Source: an uncultured Spirochaetota bacterium (GTDB taxonomy: Bacteria > Spirochaetota > Spirochaetia > SZUA-6 > Fen-1364). From it: 64,000 nt of DNA. Shown one piece after another: positions 19,001-27,616 of the stretch. The translations under genes were made by a program, and so were the position numbers. Within the stretch, counting starts at the first letter, position 1; the number at the start of each line of letters is the position of its first letter. The notes beneath the pieces were generated by a model. The model worked only from the letters and a program-made list of their open reading frames with translations. It ran no database searches and was not told the origin of the DNA. Location: assembly GCA_963745235.1 (NCBI GenBank), contig CAVUXE010000052.1:64001-128000 (forward strand), given 5' to 3'.

Positions 19001-21107
19001 TCGTGTTGTCCAACTGGTACTGCAGCACGAGGCTCGTTCCGTTCGAGTCTCCCTGCGAGCTGCCAAGCACATTGAACGGACCCGCGCGGGAACCGTTGAC
19101 GTACGGCAAGGGAGCGGGCGCGCCTGACCAGTCAATCGGCTCCAGGCTGTACGAGCCCAGGGCGCCATACTGTCGGTAGTCCGTGTAATAGAGATATCCG
19201 CGGTTCGACTGACTGAGGCCGAGACCGCTCAACGCGGATTCCAGGGGAAGGCTGGCCGGATACGCCTGGTCCTCGGAAAGATCGAGGTTGATCGAGTGGC
19301 CTTCCATGCCGAAGAGGCGGAGAATTCCCGTGGTGTCTGGGTCCGTGAATGACACGGCGCCCTGCGCCATCCATGAGTAGTTCTTCCCCTTCCCTTGCAG
19401 CTCTGCCGCCCCGATGACCGTGCCCGATTTCGAGTACGCCTCCTGCGTGAAAGTCCATGGATCCGCGTTCCATCGCAGCCCCGCGGAGAGGGTGAGGGCA
19501 AGATTGTTTTTCAGGTCAATCTTGTCCTCCCAGGCAAAGAGAATGTCGCCTCCTGACAGCCCCTGCTCCGCGACCCGATACGTGACATCGATCTGATCCG
19601 TGGGCTGGATGGGCACCTGGAAGGTCAGCGTGCCGGAAGCCGCGTCCGCCTGGAAGCGCGTCTCCGTGATGCCGTTGATGGTGACCTGGACCGAGCCGGG
19701 AACGATGTTCTGCTCCAGAACGAAGGCGGTGACGGGCGCCACGAACTGGACGCGCATGCCGAAGCTGAACTGTCCGGCCAGAGAGTCGCGGTTCGGTCCG
19801 TAGAGGAGGTTGGATGGGTCCTGATTCACGAAGGGATAGAAGTCCGGGAAATTGCGCGGGAGCGAATCCTGCACGACCATGAACCGGCTTTGCCCCACGA
19901 CTGTCCGAAATGCAAATCCCGTTGGGATCGCGGATGCGGACGAAGAGGCCGATGTCGGCGCGGTGGCCACGAACTGGTACGCGATGTTCGAGGGGTCGGT
20001 CGGGGGCGTATTGGAGAAGGCATAGGAGTTGTCTATCTCGAAGGGTGAATTGTCCCCCGGCTGCCAGATCATCAGCGCAAGGCCGACCCCCTGCAGATTG
20101 AACCGCCTGGTCGAAACGAAACTCTGCCCTAAATAGGTCGTGAGCGGGTTCCAGTCGAAGTTTGTCGTGGCACCGGAGAACTTCAGAAGGCCGGTTGTCG
20201 AGTCTCGCGGAATTGCGTTGACAAGCAGGTTGGTCCCCACCGGTTGATTTCCGACCGTATAGTAGACCAGCACCCTCCCCTTCACCGCGTTGTTCAGCGA
20301 CACCAGCCCGTTCGTCGTGTCGATCGTAACGTCGGTCAACGTCGCCAGACGGTACGTGCTGGCGTGTCCAGCAGTGTCCGTGCCCATCACGGTCCCGTAC
20401 TTGTCTTCGAGGTACACGACCAGGCTGCCCACATCAATGTTCGTGTCCGGCAGGAAGAAGTACCGTCCTTTGGTGTAGGTTTCCAGGCCAACGTCCTGCT
20501 GGATCAGCTCGTTCTTTCCGACGAAAGTCTTGTGCTTGATGGCCGTGGAATCCCAGCGCAGCAGGAAGTCGTTCGTGGACGGGCCGGAGACGAGCTCCGC
20601 GGACGCCCCGATGGAGCTTGTCGGCTGCGCGGGAATCTCGAGGAAAGGACTTGGCGGAATGCTTATGCCGCTGTTTCCGATGACGAGGGACCTGAGCACC
20701 TCGTCAGGATCTCCCTTGTAGCCCATGCGGATCGTGTTGCCCTGCGCGCCGCTCAGCACGGATACGTCGAGGAAGTATTTCCTCATCAAGAGGAGGGAGA
20801 TCAGGAGATCCGGTGATTGGGTAAAGACAAAACCAGGGGCCAGCCCCGGAAATGAGTCGAGGGCCTGCACGGGGAGCCCCGGCGAGAAAAGCAACCCGGT
20901 TGTGAAGAGGAGGCTCGCATTCCAGGACCCTTGCAGGCTGAGGTCCACATCCGCGCCTCCCAGCTTGCTGGAAAAAACAGTGGTCGGCGCCTCCGGTTGC
21001 GGCAATGTGACGGTCTGGCCGAACGCCGATGCAGCGGCGATGAGCGCCAGGAGGGCTAGTGAGGCGGTCAGGGCGCTGTATCGGGTCACGCTGCCGGCAT
21101 TATCCAA
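16095..21107 (-). CDS. Very large outer-membrane protein, SprA/Sov-like (real start probably GTG 21089)
   Basis: Signal peptide, terminal Phe, and motifs collinear with SprA: 'YKGDPDEVLRSLVIGN', 'YTKGRYFFL', 'NIVPGSVQVT', 'QIGSISEDLDGSG', 'LDSEDRNANGLLD', 'FIDEIYF'. Confidence 0.6.
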   Translation of the reverse strand: MDNAGSVTRYSALTASLALLALIAAASAFGQTVTLPQPEAPTTVFSSKLGGADVDLSLQGSWNASLLFTTGLLFSPGLPVQALDSFPGLAPGFVFTQSPDLLISLLLMRKYFLDVSVLSGAQGNTIRMGYKGDPDEVLRSLVIGNSGISIPPSPFLEIPAQPTSSIGASAELVSGPSTNDFLLRWDSTAIKHKTFVGKNELIQQDVGLETYTKGRYFFLPDTNIDVGSLVVYLEDKYGTVMGTDTAGHASTYRLATLTDVTIDTTNGLVSLNNAVKGRVLVYYTVGNQPVGTNLLVNAIPRDSTTGLLKFSGATTNFDWNPLTTYLGQSFVSTRRFNLQGVGLALMIWQPGDNSPFEIDNSYAFSNTPPTDPSNIAYQFVATAPTSASSSASAIPTGFAFRTVVGQSRFMVVQDSLPRNFPDFYPFVNQDPSNLLYGPNRDSLAGQFSFGMRVQFVAPVTAFVLEQNIVPGSVQVTINGITETRFQADAASGTLTFQVPIQPTDQIDVTYRVAEQGLSGGDILFAWEDKIDLKNNLALTLSAGLRWNADPWTFTQEAYSKSGTVIGAAELQGKGKNYSWMAQGAVSFTDPDTTGILRLFGMEGHSINLDLSEDQAYPASLPLESALSGLGLSQSNRGYLYYTDYRQYGALGSYSLEPIDWSGAPAPLPYVNGSRAGPFNVLGSSQGDSNGTSLVLQYQLDNTSNLWVGTQMPISPGSDVDVSTARALTIRLEGYNITGQTDVYVQIGSISEDLDGSGILKAKVSSADVGFPFTDSNPSHGNISLLVGAGPKLQGNGKLDSEDRNANGLLDQEDATRIVTIGPGAGSDEISSILSLASGATSTTPITTGWLTATVALSDQDRAKLLQAREVRIILVPHTGVTSATGYVLIDSISVEATPFWVQAAPPPATDRNNITVQEIQEQFAPFDPGAGNRLPDKFPQKLQQFHPNGEEQDVLEVQWGSPANIANPFSIRGFTTQGTGGIKYQTVVAYVRMPTPASPGTTFTFTLYDSGGLGVSWQLNDTAFSGNVWHELRVSRSDNTVKIDGNTVGAPTKFDSSTGDITQLQISVAATSGSTSPPPAPGVFFIDEIYFTDPQGSLGAAFTGSFAGELPGPVLKAGNVAILSNLKIQQDLSMMSAGFSSLYGVPSAAENLYSRTEVGADVFVAQVQADIKVREAAGSFAVFGGHKVTVPAVIVPLTVMDAFSIDGGGGFSRENRVDLGPVLATTASADSQSALDPTTGLLTQTWLGHLSVAPPIPLTLTSDLQLSQSLLGYSLSSEAYITQWTQGFSLLAPYESGLDYARLEKLGASLKMPVNPIGVDLEASTQAQGSNYALPAAPGPYTQENDVLLSAATLFKVGQGDSTLSVGYKRLLSVTTTPMPGPRFVTETNELLNVLAQQGYLLTSLPLIELFTDNTSAILPIWESYGATTQASYNPALTVGVKRNYGSHLSDLFIPSSADLSVGQMLRLASSISQTNIYITMDTASHAVNLFGRLGSIPRLPMITTDEYGINLSASVEGDSADSLQFSEATAVLSASLLGEKETGFTLADSFKWDQNVITEQISLINSIQTYLDWSIHPDGGINVPYVSAALGKDAWIAHRESANFALNYAPGSDYHPATLLFGHATSLVFRNHGSVKGSVDLGADTETALTGGLIWRLAVSFGIEAKLTF

Positions 21108-21155
21108 TGGAACCCCGATTCATGCAAATGCTTGTCCGGGCCGAAAATGAGAAAA

Positions 21156-22085
21156 ATGGACGCTCACAGCGACGCCATCCCACGATTCGTCTCCCGCATG
21201 TTCGAAGCCCCCGCGCTGAAGGCGTTGCCCGCGCTCCAGAAGGAGGAACAGGCCCTGCAGTTCCTCAAGGTGAACGGCGCCCAGCTTCAGCCCCTTCTGG
21301 CTTCGATGGGGATTGCCGCATCCGCGGGCTGGCACGAAACCACCGCGCGCCTGGCGCGGGAGATACGGCTGCTCGCAGACAAGGCGCTCGAAAGCGAGAT
21401 CTTTCGAGCGGTCGAGGAGCGGCTCCAATTTTCTTTCTACCCCGCTGTGGGCGCAAGCAAGCAGCCTCCTGCAATCGCGCGGGAAGAGCTCAGGGCCCTG
21501 TGTCGACGGAACGCCACCCATCCGGTCGGCCGCAGAGCGCTGGCCGGATCCCTTTCCGCGGTTCTCTCCGACCTCACGGAAAAGTATATCCCGCAGATCT
21601 GGGACAGACGGAAGTACACCTACGTGGAGCTGACACGTGTTCAGCGACTCGGGGTGAACGCCGGGGGATGCGTTGATCTGCTGCGCTTCACCCTCCTGGT
21701 GCGGCCCGCGGCCTATCTTCACGTCATGTCCGACGGCCAGGTGGCCCCGGAGTCCGGATTCGCTCCGGTCCAGGAACAGTCTCTGCAGAGGGCGTTCCCG
21801 GGGCTGTTCGCGCAGCTGGCCGCCACGCCGCCGGATCTCGTCAGGATGGCTCTGCGGAGTGCTCTCCCCTTCCCGGCAACTCAGGGGCTGGAGGCGACAG
21901 CCCGATTGACCTCGATCTTTGCCCTGCGGGGACGGGCGATGACACCGGCGCTGGTCGTCGACAGGGGCGCGGACTCACCGGACAAGAGCTGGTTCAACAT
22001 CGCGCGGCGCAACGCCGGATGGCGGGGGATAGATCCCCGGATGCTGGACGAGCTGTATTCGATTGCCTCAGAGAACCGATGGTAG
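21156..22085 (+). CDS. Hypothetical cytoplasmic protein
   Basis: Long ORF with host-like codon usage, divergent from the large OM gene; first gene of a + strand run. Confidence 0.7.
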   Translation: MDAHSDAIPRFVSRMFEAPALKALPALQKEEQALQFLKVNGAQLQPLLASMGIAASAGWHETTARLAREIRLLADKALESEIFRAVEERLQFSFYPAVGASKQPPAIAREELRALCRRNATHPVGRRALAGSLSAVLSDLTEKYIPQIWDRRKYTYVELTRVQRLGVNAGGCVDLLRFTLLVRPAAYLHVMSDGQVAPESGFAPVQEQSLQRAFPGLFAQLAATPPDLVRMALRSALPFPATQGLEATARLTSIFALRGRAMTPALVVDRGADSPDKSWFNIARRNAGWRGIDPRMLDELYSIASENRW

Positions 22086-22093
22086 GAGCCTGC

Positions 22094-23219
22094 ATGAAGA
22101 GGATCGGCCTTCTTTTGGAGTCCCTCGTTGTCGTGGTCATCATCGTGGCGCTGGGACACACGTTCGTCGAGGATTTCTCAATCCTTGCGGGCTGGACGGT
22201 TGCCGCTCGGCGCTGGATCATCTGGGCCGGGCTGGGAATCGATGTTTTTTTTACCATTCGAGTTCTTCTGCCGGCTGTACTTTGCTCTGACAGCGGGCCA
22301 GGCAGCGGACTACCTCCTCCGGCAAAGGGGGTGGATAGATTTTGTTGCCTCCATCCCGCTCCTGCTCTTCAATTCCCTGCCCAACGCGCTTGCCCTCCTG
22401 GCCGGGGCGGGCCTGGTGACGGGCCTCGGAAGCTTCCTGAATGTGCTCAAGGTCATCAAGGCGGTGCGGATCGCAAGGATCCTCAGGCTCCTGAGGATAG
22501 TGAAGCTGTTCCGGGGGATCCGCTACGCCAGGTCCCCGATGGCCCAGAGGCACATCGCGATCATCACGACGATCAGTGTCACCGTGCTGGTCCTCTGGGT
22601 GCTGGTGGCGAACCTGCTCGGCGGCTTTGGGATCCTGCCCGGCCTGGAGAGCACTGTTCTCGGCTCGCAAAGTGCACACGCGCGCTACCTCGCCCGGGCA
22701 GGCTCCGACGCCACGGGCCTCGCTGCCCGCGCGCGCGAGGTTGCAGCCCTGGATTCCACCCTGCTGGTTGCGCGGTCCCCGGGTGGGTCAACCGCGTGGA
22801 CCCGATACGACGATGTATACTACTCGGCACACTTCCTGGCCGGCGACTACCAGTACTTCAGCGTGAACGGGGTTGAGTCTTTCTTCGACGGGAGGCCCGT
22901 CGCGCAGGCCGCTGCGAGGGAAGGCATCGTCTTCTTCGTGGCAATCCTCTTGAGCGTGCTTGCGTACCTCGTGCTGTACAGCCCCCGATTCGCGCTGGGC
23001 ATCACTGATCCCATCCATGTCATGAAGCGGGGCATGGAAGAAAGCGCCTACAACCTGGAGGTCAAGATCCCACCCCGGCAGGCGGATGACGATGTTTTCG
23101 AGCTGGCGCGCCTCTATAACAGCGTCTTTCTTCCCCTCAAGGATCGGGGAAGCGCCGCAGAGGACCGGCCAGCCGCCCTGGGAATTGACGACATACGCTC
23201 TTTCGTAGAGAAAGAATGA
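22094..23219 (+). CDS. Voltage-sensor-like (ion transport S1-S4) membrane protein with HAMP-like domain (frameshift in T-run near 22250)
   Basis: AGGAG SD; 'GWIDFVASIP' and S4-like 'KAVRIARILRLLRIVKLFR'; later TM plus 'ITDPIHVMKRGM...DDVFELARLYN'. Confidence 0.7.
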
Positions 23220-23223
23220 CGGA

Positions 23224-23649
23224 ATGGTTGTGTCAATGATTCAGTTCCTCATTGAGCTTCCGCCCATCGAGTCGATCAAGGAAAAGCGAAGGATCGTCTC
23301 ATCTTTGAAGGAAAAGCTCTACCAGAAGTTCAGGCTTTCGGTGGCGGAGGTGGATCTGCTGGACTCCCTGCGATACGCGCAGATCGGCGCGGCGCTCGTC
23401 TCGAACTCGAAGAAGTTCGGGGAATCGGTGATGCACAAGGCCCTCGCCCTGGTGGAAAACCACGCTGAAGGCAGGTTGGAAAGCGCGGAGATATTCTCGG
23501 AGACGTATTCAGCCGGCGGGTTTGCTACGCCTCTTCCCCGCTCTTGCCCATCTCCAGCAGGTCCATCAGCGCGCCGACGCATTCCCGGAAATCGCGCAGG
23601 CTGTCCCGCAGGGAATAGTAGTTCAGTCCGGAGTAGTAGATCTTCGTGA
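23224..23649 (+). CDS. DUF503 (YlxP-like) protein; extension beyond ~aa 96 is doubtful
   Basis: 'SIKEKRRIVSSLKEKLYQKFRLSVAEVD...AQIGAALVSN'. Confidence 0.8.
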   Translation: MVVSMIQFLIELPPIESIKEKRRIVSSLKEKLYQKFRLSVAEVDLLDSLRYAQIGAALVSNSKKFGESVMHKALALVENHAEGRLESAEIFSETYSAGGFATPLPRSCPSPAGPSARRRIPGNRAGCPAGNSSSVRSSRSS

Positions 23650-23962
23650 AGACCGAGAAGCTGATCTCGCTTGCCGTCTGCTGAAGGCTGACGTAGCAGC
23701 CGAACTCGTAGCAGGTCTTCAGCATCTCCTCCAGCTTTCCCTTCATGAGCTGGGAAAAGGAAGGCGGAAAGGTCAGGGCATACGCCAGCTCCAGGAACCT
23801 GCTTCCCCTCTCGATGAGGACTCCCGCCTGGAACGCATCGTCGTCCTCGAACGTCGCCGAGTACGCATTGTGCGACCGTTCGTCCTCAATGACGCGGAAG
23901 CTGAGCTCGGAAAAGAGCACCGTGACACGGCGTATCCTTTCCTCCATGAGCTGCGATTTCAT
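23525..23962 (-). CDS. Hypothetical protein (possibly YbjN-like fold)
   Basis: GAGGGGG SD, last gene of the - strand operon; family not firmly recognised. Confidence 0.6.
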   Translation of the reverse strand: MKSQLMEERIRRVTVLFSELSFRVIEDERSHNAYSATFEDDDAFQAGVLIERGSRFLELAYALTFPPSFSQLMKGKLEEMLKTCYEFGCYVSLQQTASEISFSVFTKIYYSGLNYYSLRDSLRDFRECVGALMDLLEMGKSGEEA

Positions 23963-23979
23963 TCCCCCCTCCTCAAGTC

Positions 23980-24729
23980 CTACCTCCCCTCGGCAAGCCG
24001 AAGCGCAAGCTCGTCGGGAAGCCCCGCCGCCAAGATCTTCCTTTGGGTATCCTCCACCGCGTAGGCGACCCGCAGGTTCCTGTACACCAGGCTCCTAGTG
24101 TCAAATATACCAAAAGATGCCCTTGGATTACCATCCCTCGGCTGACCCACGGACCCGGGGTTGATCAGGTACCTGGTTTCCGCTTTCAGACGGACCTCGT
24201 GGGCGTCACGGATCACCCGAACCCTTTCCCGGCCCTCCGGATTCTCGAAAACCATGGGAAGATGCGAGTGCCCGTGGAAACAGACCATGGCCTTTGGACC
24301 TTGACCATCCATCCAGACCAGACTTTCTTCCACGGCGGAAGAGCTCAACATGTATTCGTCTTCATCCACCGGCGTCCCATGGCAGATGACAACACCGTCT
24401 TCCAGGACGACCGGGCCCTTGGGCAAAGCCCCCAGCGCCGACAACGTCTCCCGGCTCGCGTGCCTCCGGTTCCAGAGCGCCGCCATCCGTGCGGTGCTGT
24501 TGAACCACTCCAGGTCGATGAGCCCTGCCACCGCTTTGTCATGGTTGCCGCGAACGATCGAGGCGCTGCGGGCAAGAGCCTCCCGCACACAGTGGTCGGG
24601 ATCTGCTCCGTATCCGACAATGTCCCCGAGACAATAGATGGAATCCACGGCCAGGGCCGCAATTTCCTGCAGCACCGCGGCAAGAGCTTCCCGATTGCTG
24701 TGGATGTCGCTGATGATGGCGAGAGTCAT
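23980..24729 (-). CDS. Metallophosphoesterase family protein
   Basis: 'ISDIHSN', 'LGDIVGYG', 'RGNHD', 'GHSH', 'NPGSVGQPRDG'. Confidence 0.9.
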   Translation of the reverse strand: MTLAIISDIHSNREALAAVLQEIAALAVDSIYCLGDIVGYGADPDHCVREALARSASIVRGNHDKAVAGLIDLEWFNSTARMAALWNRRHASRETLSALGALPKGPVVLEDGVVICHGTPVDEDEYMLSSSAVEESLVWMDGQGPKAMVCFHGHSHLPMVFENPEGRERVRVIRDAHEVRLKAETRYLINPGSVGQPRDGNPRASFGIFDTRSLVYRNLRVAYAVEDTQRKILAAGLPDELALRLAEGR

Positions 24730-25463
24730 GGAAGATAGTCCCGGTTGATCCGCCACGCCGCCCCGTAGACGTTGGTGGCAGCGTGCCTGTCCACGAGGGA
24801 GACCTGCTTGATGACATCTTTCATCAGCGGGCGCTGGTTGGTTTCGGCATTCGGACACCGCGTCGGAACCACGGGGAGGGACAGCCGGGAGGCAAGCCGC
24901 TGGACCTCGTTTTCCCGCACCTCGCACAGGGGACGAATGATGGAGACCTTCCCCCCGAAGAACTCCTGCACGGGCATCATCGTGGAAAACTCGCCCCGGA
25001 AAAAGAGGTTCATGAGTGTCGTGCGGGCAATATCGTCCAAATGATGGCCCAGCGCAATCCGCGTTGCACTGATCCGCGCCGCCTCGTCAAAGAGAAGCCT
25101 TTTCCTGTTGCGCGAGCATGTGTAACAGCTGAACTTCTTTCTGAAAGTCGGCGGGCAGATCGAGGCGAGGACCCTTCGAAACGGGATGCGGAGATCCGCA
25201 TAGAATCCCTCAATGGCCTGCCGCTCCGCATCGGTCAGGGGATATTCCCGCCACTCGATATGCATGGCATGCAGCTCGTAGTCCACGGGGACCCACTTCT
25301 TCCTTTCCACGAGCGCGAGGGTCATTGCCAGGGAATCCTTGCCGCCCGAAACGCCAATGAGGACCTTGTCCCCCGGAACGATCATGCGGAAGCGATGGAT
25401 TCCGCGTCCGGCCCGGTGAGCAAAGCGCTCCAGGAGCCTCGCCTGCGAGTCTGTCAGGATCAT
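24726..25463 (-). CDS. ttcA: tRNA 2-thiocytidine biosynthesis protein TtcA family
   Basis: PP-loop 'SGGKDS', 'CYTCSRNR', 'ALGHHLDD', 'IRPL', 'CP'. Confidence 0.85.
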   Translation of the reverse strand: MILTDSQARLLERFAHRAGRGIHRFRMIVPGDKVLIGVSGGKDSLAMTLALVERKKWVPVDYELHAMHIEWREYPLTDAERQAIEGFYADLRIPFRRVLASICPPTFRKKFSCYTCSRNRKRLLFDEAARISATRIALGHHLDDIARTTLMNLFFRGEFSTMMPVQEFFGGKVSIIRPLCEVRENEVQRLASRLSLPVVPTRCPNAETNQRPLMKDVIKQVSLVDRHAATNVYGAAWRINRDYLP

Positions 25464-26752
25464 TGAGAAAGGATCTCCCCGATGTTCAGTTTTTCGACCG
25501 CCGCCAGGAGGGCCTCGTCGCGGCTCGCGCTGACGGAGATGTAGCGGATGGACCGGGGAAGATCATCGCTTGCCATCCCCGAAAACACCGAGCTGCCCTC
25601 CGCCCCTTTCGCGCGGAACGCGCGACCTGATCCCGGCTCGATGACCGGTACGTCGAAGTCGAACGAGACGCGTTCCGGCACGTCCACGACAATAGCCTCG
25701 ACGGAAACTCTTTTCCCGGAGATTGCCGCCGCTTCACGCGCTATCCTCTCCTCCGCGCGGAGCCGCTCACCGATGTCCTCTATGCGCAGGTGCGCCGGGT
25801 TCCCGTCGTCAAAAGGGACCCTCCAGACCTGGCGGTGCAGCTCCCGTCGCCTGACCTGCTGGATCAACTGAAAGGCCGGATATCGCGAAGCGGAAAACGC
25901 GGCGAAGAACTCCTCATCGTCCAGCCCGTAGAGATCTCCGCGGGTGATGGCGCCGTCCTTCAAGGCCATTGCGATGGCTTTCTTGATCATGGCCGTAGCG
26001 ATTCGCACCGTCTTGTGCCAGTACACGGTCTTGTACATGAGGTACTTGGAGAAAAGGATGTTCTCCAGCGCCGTGATTCCCTTCGGGCTGATTGCAACTC
26101 CACTCTCCCTGTCCGGGAATATCTCCTCGAGGATGAAGTCCACGTCCTGAATGCCGTACGGGACTCCGCAGAAATACGCGTCGCGGTTGAGATAATCCAG
26201 CTTGTCGGGATCCAGGACGCCGGACAGGATGCTTCTGTAGAACCCGATTGCCGGGAGGCCGGCGCCCGGAGAGCCACGATCGATGATTGCCGCCACGGCG
26301 GCGGGATCGATTTCCAGCTGGGAGCGGATTACGGATGAGAGCCCGCCGAGGATCTCCCTGGCGGCGAGCGCTTCATGCGCCTCCACGTCGAGATCCTTCA
26401 GCGAATGGGCAAAAGGATAATGGCCGATGTCATGGAGAAGGCATGCGCAGAGAAACGACTTGACCCCCGGCAGAGAGACCGGCACCTCCGTGTTTCGCCT
26501 GATCAGGCTGGTGATCATCCGGCGGGCAATGTGAAACGCGCCGAGGCTGTGGCTGCGGCGGGTGTGCGTTGCCCCCGGGTACACGAGGTAGGCGGGGCCC
26601 AGCTGGCGGATGCGGTCCAGCTTCTGGAACTGGGCGTGCTCCGCGACGCGAAGGAGAGGGCGGGAGAGCGAAATGTGCTTCCAGACCGGGTCACGGACCG
26701 GCTCGGTGTAGTCGTTTTGAAGGTGGTCGAGGATCTTCTCCCGTTCGCCCAT
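25460..26752 (-). CDS. HD-domain phosphohydrolase (SAMHD1/YdhJ-like)
   Basis: 'RDPVW', 'RIRQLG...YPGATHTRRSHSLG', 'LLHDIGHYPFAH', 'DPDKLDYLNRDA', 'VYWHK'. Confidence 0.9.
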   Translation of the reverse strand: MGEREKILDHLQNDYTEPVRDPVWKHISLSRPLLRVAEHAQFQKLDRIRQLGPAYLVYPGATHTRRSHSLGAFHIARRMITSLIRRNTEVPVSLPGVKSFLCACLLHDIGHYPFAHSLKDLDVEAHEALAAREILGGLSSVIRSQLEIDPAAVAAIIDRGSPGAGLPAIGFYRSILSGVLDPDKLDYLNRDAYFCGVPYGIQDVDFILEEIFPDRESGVAISPKGITALENILFSKYLMYKTVYWHKTVRIATAMIKKAIAMALKDGAITRGDLYGLDDEEFFAAFSASRYPAFQLIQQVRRRELHRQVWRVPFDDGNPAHLRIEDIGERLRAEERIAREAAAISGKRVSVEAIVVDVPERVSFDFDVPVIEPGSGRAFRAKGAEGSSVFSGMASDDLPRSIRYISVSASRDEALLAAVEKLNIGEILSQ

Positions 26753-26809
26753 CTGGCACCACAGTATGACGCCGGAAAAGTCATGTAAAGCCGGCCCGGA
26801 GTTGCGCAT

Positions 26810-26838
26810 TTGACGAACGCAGCGGCTTCTGGTACAAG
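26810..26838 (+). promoter_or_regulatory. sigma70-like promoter (leaderless geometry)
   Basis: TTGACG-N17-TACAAG with TG extension; GTG start 6 nt downstream. Confidence 0.45.
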
Positions 26839-26844
26839 GAAATC

Positions 26845-27612
26845 GTGAGAATGTGGCTGGGGGGCTTGACCTCTGTAATTCTCCTCCTGGCTCTGACGAG
26901 CTGCACCAGGAGCCCGCGGACAGCGCAAGCTCCGGGCTCTGCAAGTCCACCCGCCCCCGTAGCCTCGACGACGGCTCCCGCAGCTTCTTCCCCGGCAGCT
27001 GCCGCTCCTCCCACCCCGGCCTCTGCTGCGGGTCCCTCCCCGGCCGGCGCTCCCTCCCAACCCGGGCCTGCCGCTCGAACAATCACCCTCGCCCAGGAAC
27101 AGCTTCCCAGTGCGCCCGCGGTGGCCGCGCGCCAGAACACGGATGTCTCCTCCCTCCTTCCCCTGGGCCGCGCTGCGCGTGTTCTCCCTGAGGACTTCAA
27201 GATTGGCGTCCTTGCAGACGCACGCGTCGGGGACGCGGAGGAGCAACAGGCCATGACAACCGCCATCTCGTTCCTCTCCCGCCTGGTTGCCGGCAAGGTG
27301 GATTCTTCACTGCTGGATCCCGAGACGGGAGGGCGAGTGTCCGATATGCTGGCCTTCGGCCTCGAACGGGGAGACCTTCCCCGCGCGTACCGTGTCGGCG
27401 CGCCGAAGAAGCATGAGAGCGGCGAGGTGACCGCGACCGTTCGGCTTTTCGGCCCCGAGGGTACGAGCGAGGGAGAGATTGCCTTGTCACGGACTGGCGG
27501 CCGTTGGCTCGTGAAGGACCTCCAGATCAGCATGGACGACCTTCAGGTGAAGACGGAGAAGCCGAAAGAGCGCTTCTTCCCGTCCTCATACCGCTGGATG
27601 CTGGAGGAATGA
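26845..27612 (+). CDS. Hypothetical lipoprotein with Pro/Ala-rich linker
   Basis: Lipobox-like 'LTSC', low-complexity linker, globular C-terminus. Confidence 0.7.
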   Translation: MRMWLGGLTSVILLLALTSCTRSPRTAQAPGSASPPAPVASTTAPAASSPAAAAPPTPASAAGPSPAGAPSQPGPAARTITLAQEQLPSAPAVAARQNTDVSSLLPLGRAARVLPEDFKIGVLADARVGDAEEQQAMTTAISFLSRLVAGKVDSSLLDPETGGRVSDMLAFGLERGDLPRAYRVGAPKKHESGEVTATVRLFGPEGTSEGEIALSRTGGRWLVKDLQISMDDLQVKTEKPKERFFPSSYRWMLEE

Positions 27613-27616
27613 GCAC

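Noticed and set aside
22245-22252. Phase variation or programmed frameshifting at homopolymer runs
   Set aside because: Shifts also hit essential genes throughout the window; sequencing error is the simpler explanation
23510-23649. C-terminal extension of DUF503 overlapping the convergent gene
   Set aside because: Low-complexity tail beyond the family length; probably a lost stop or indel rather than a functional overlap
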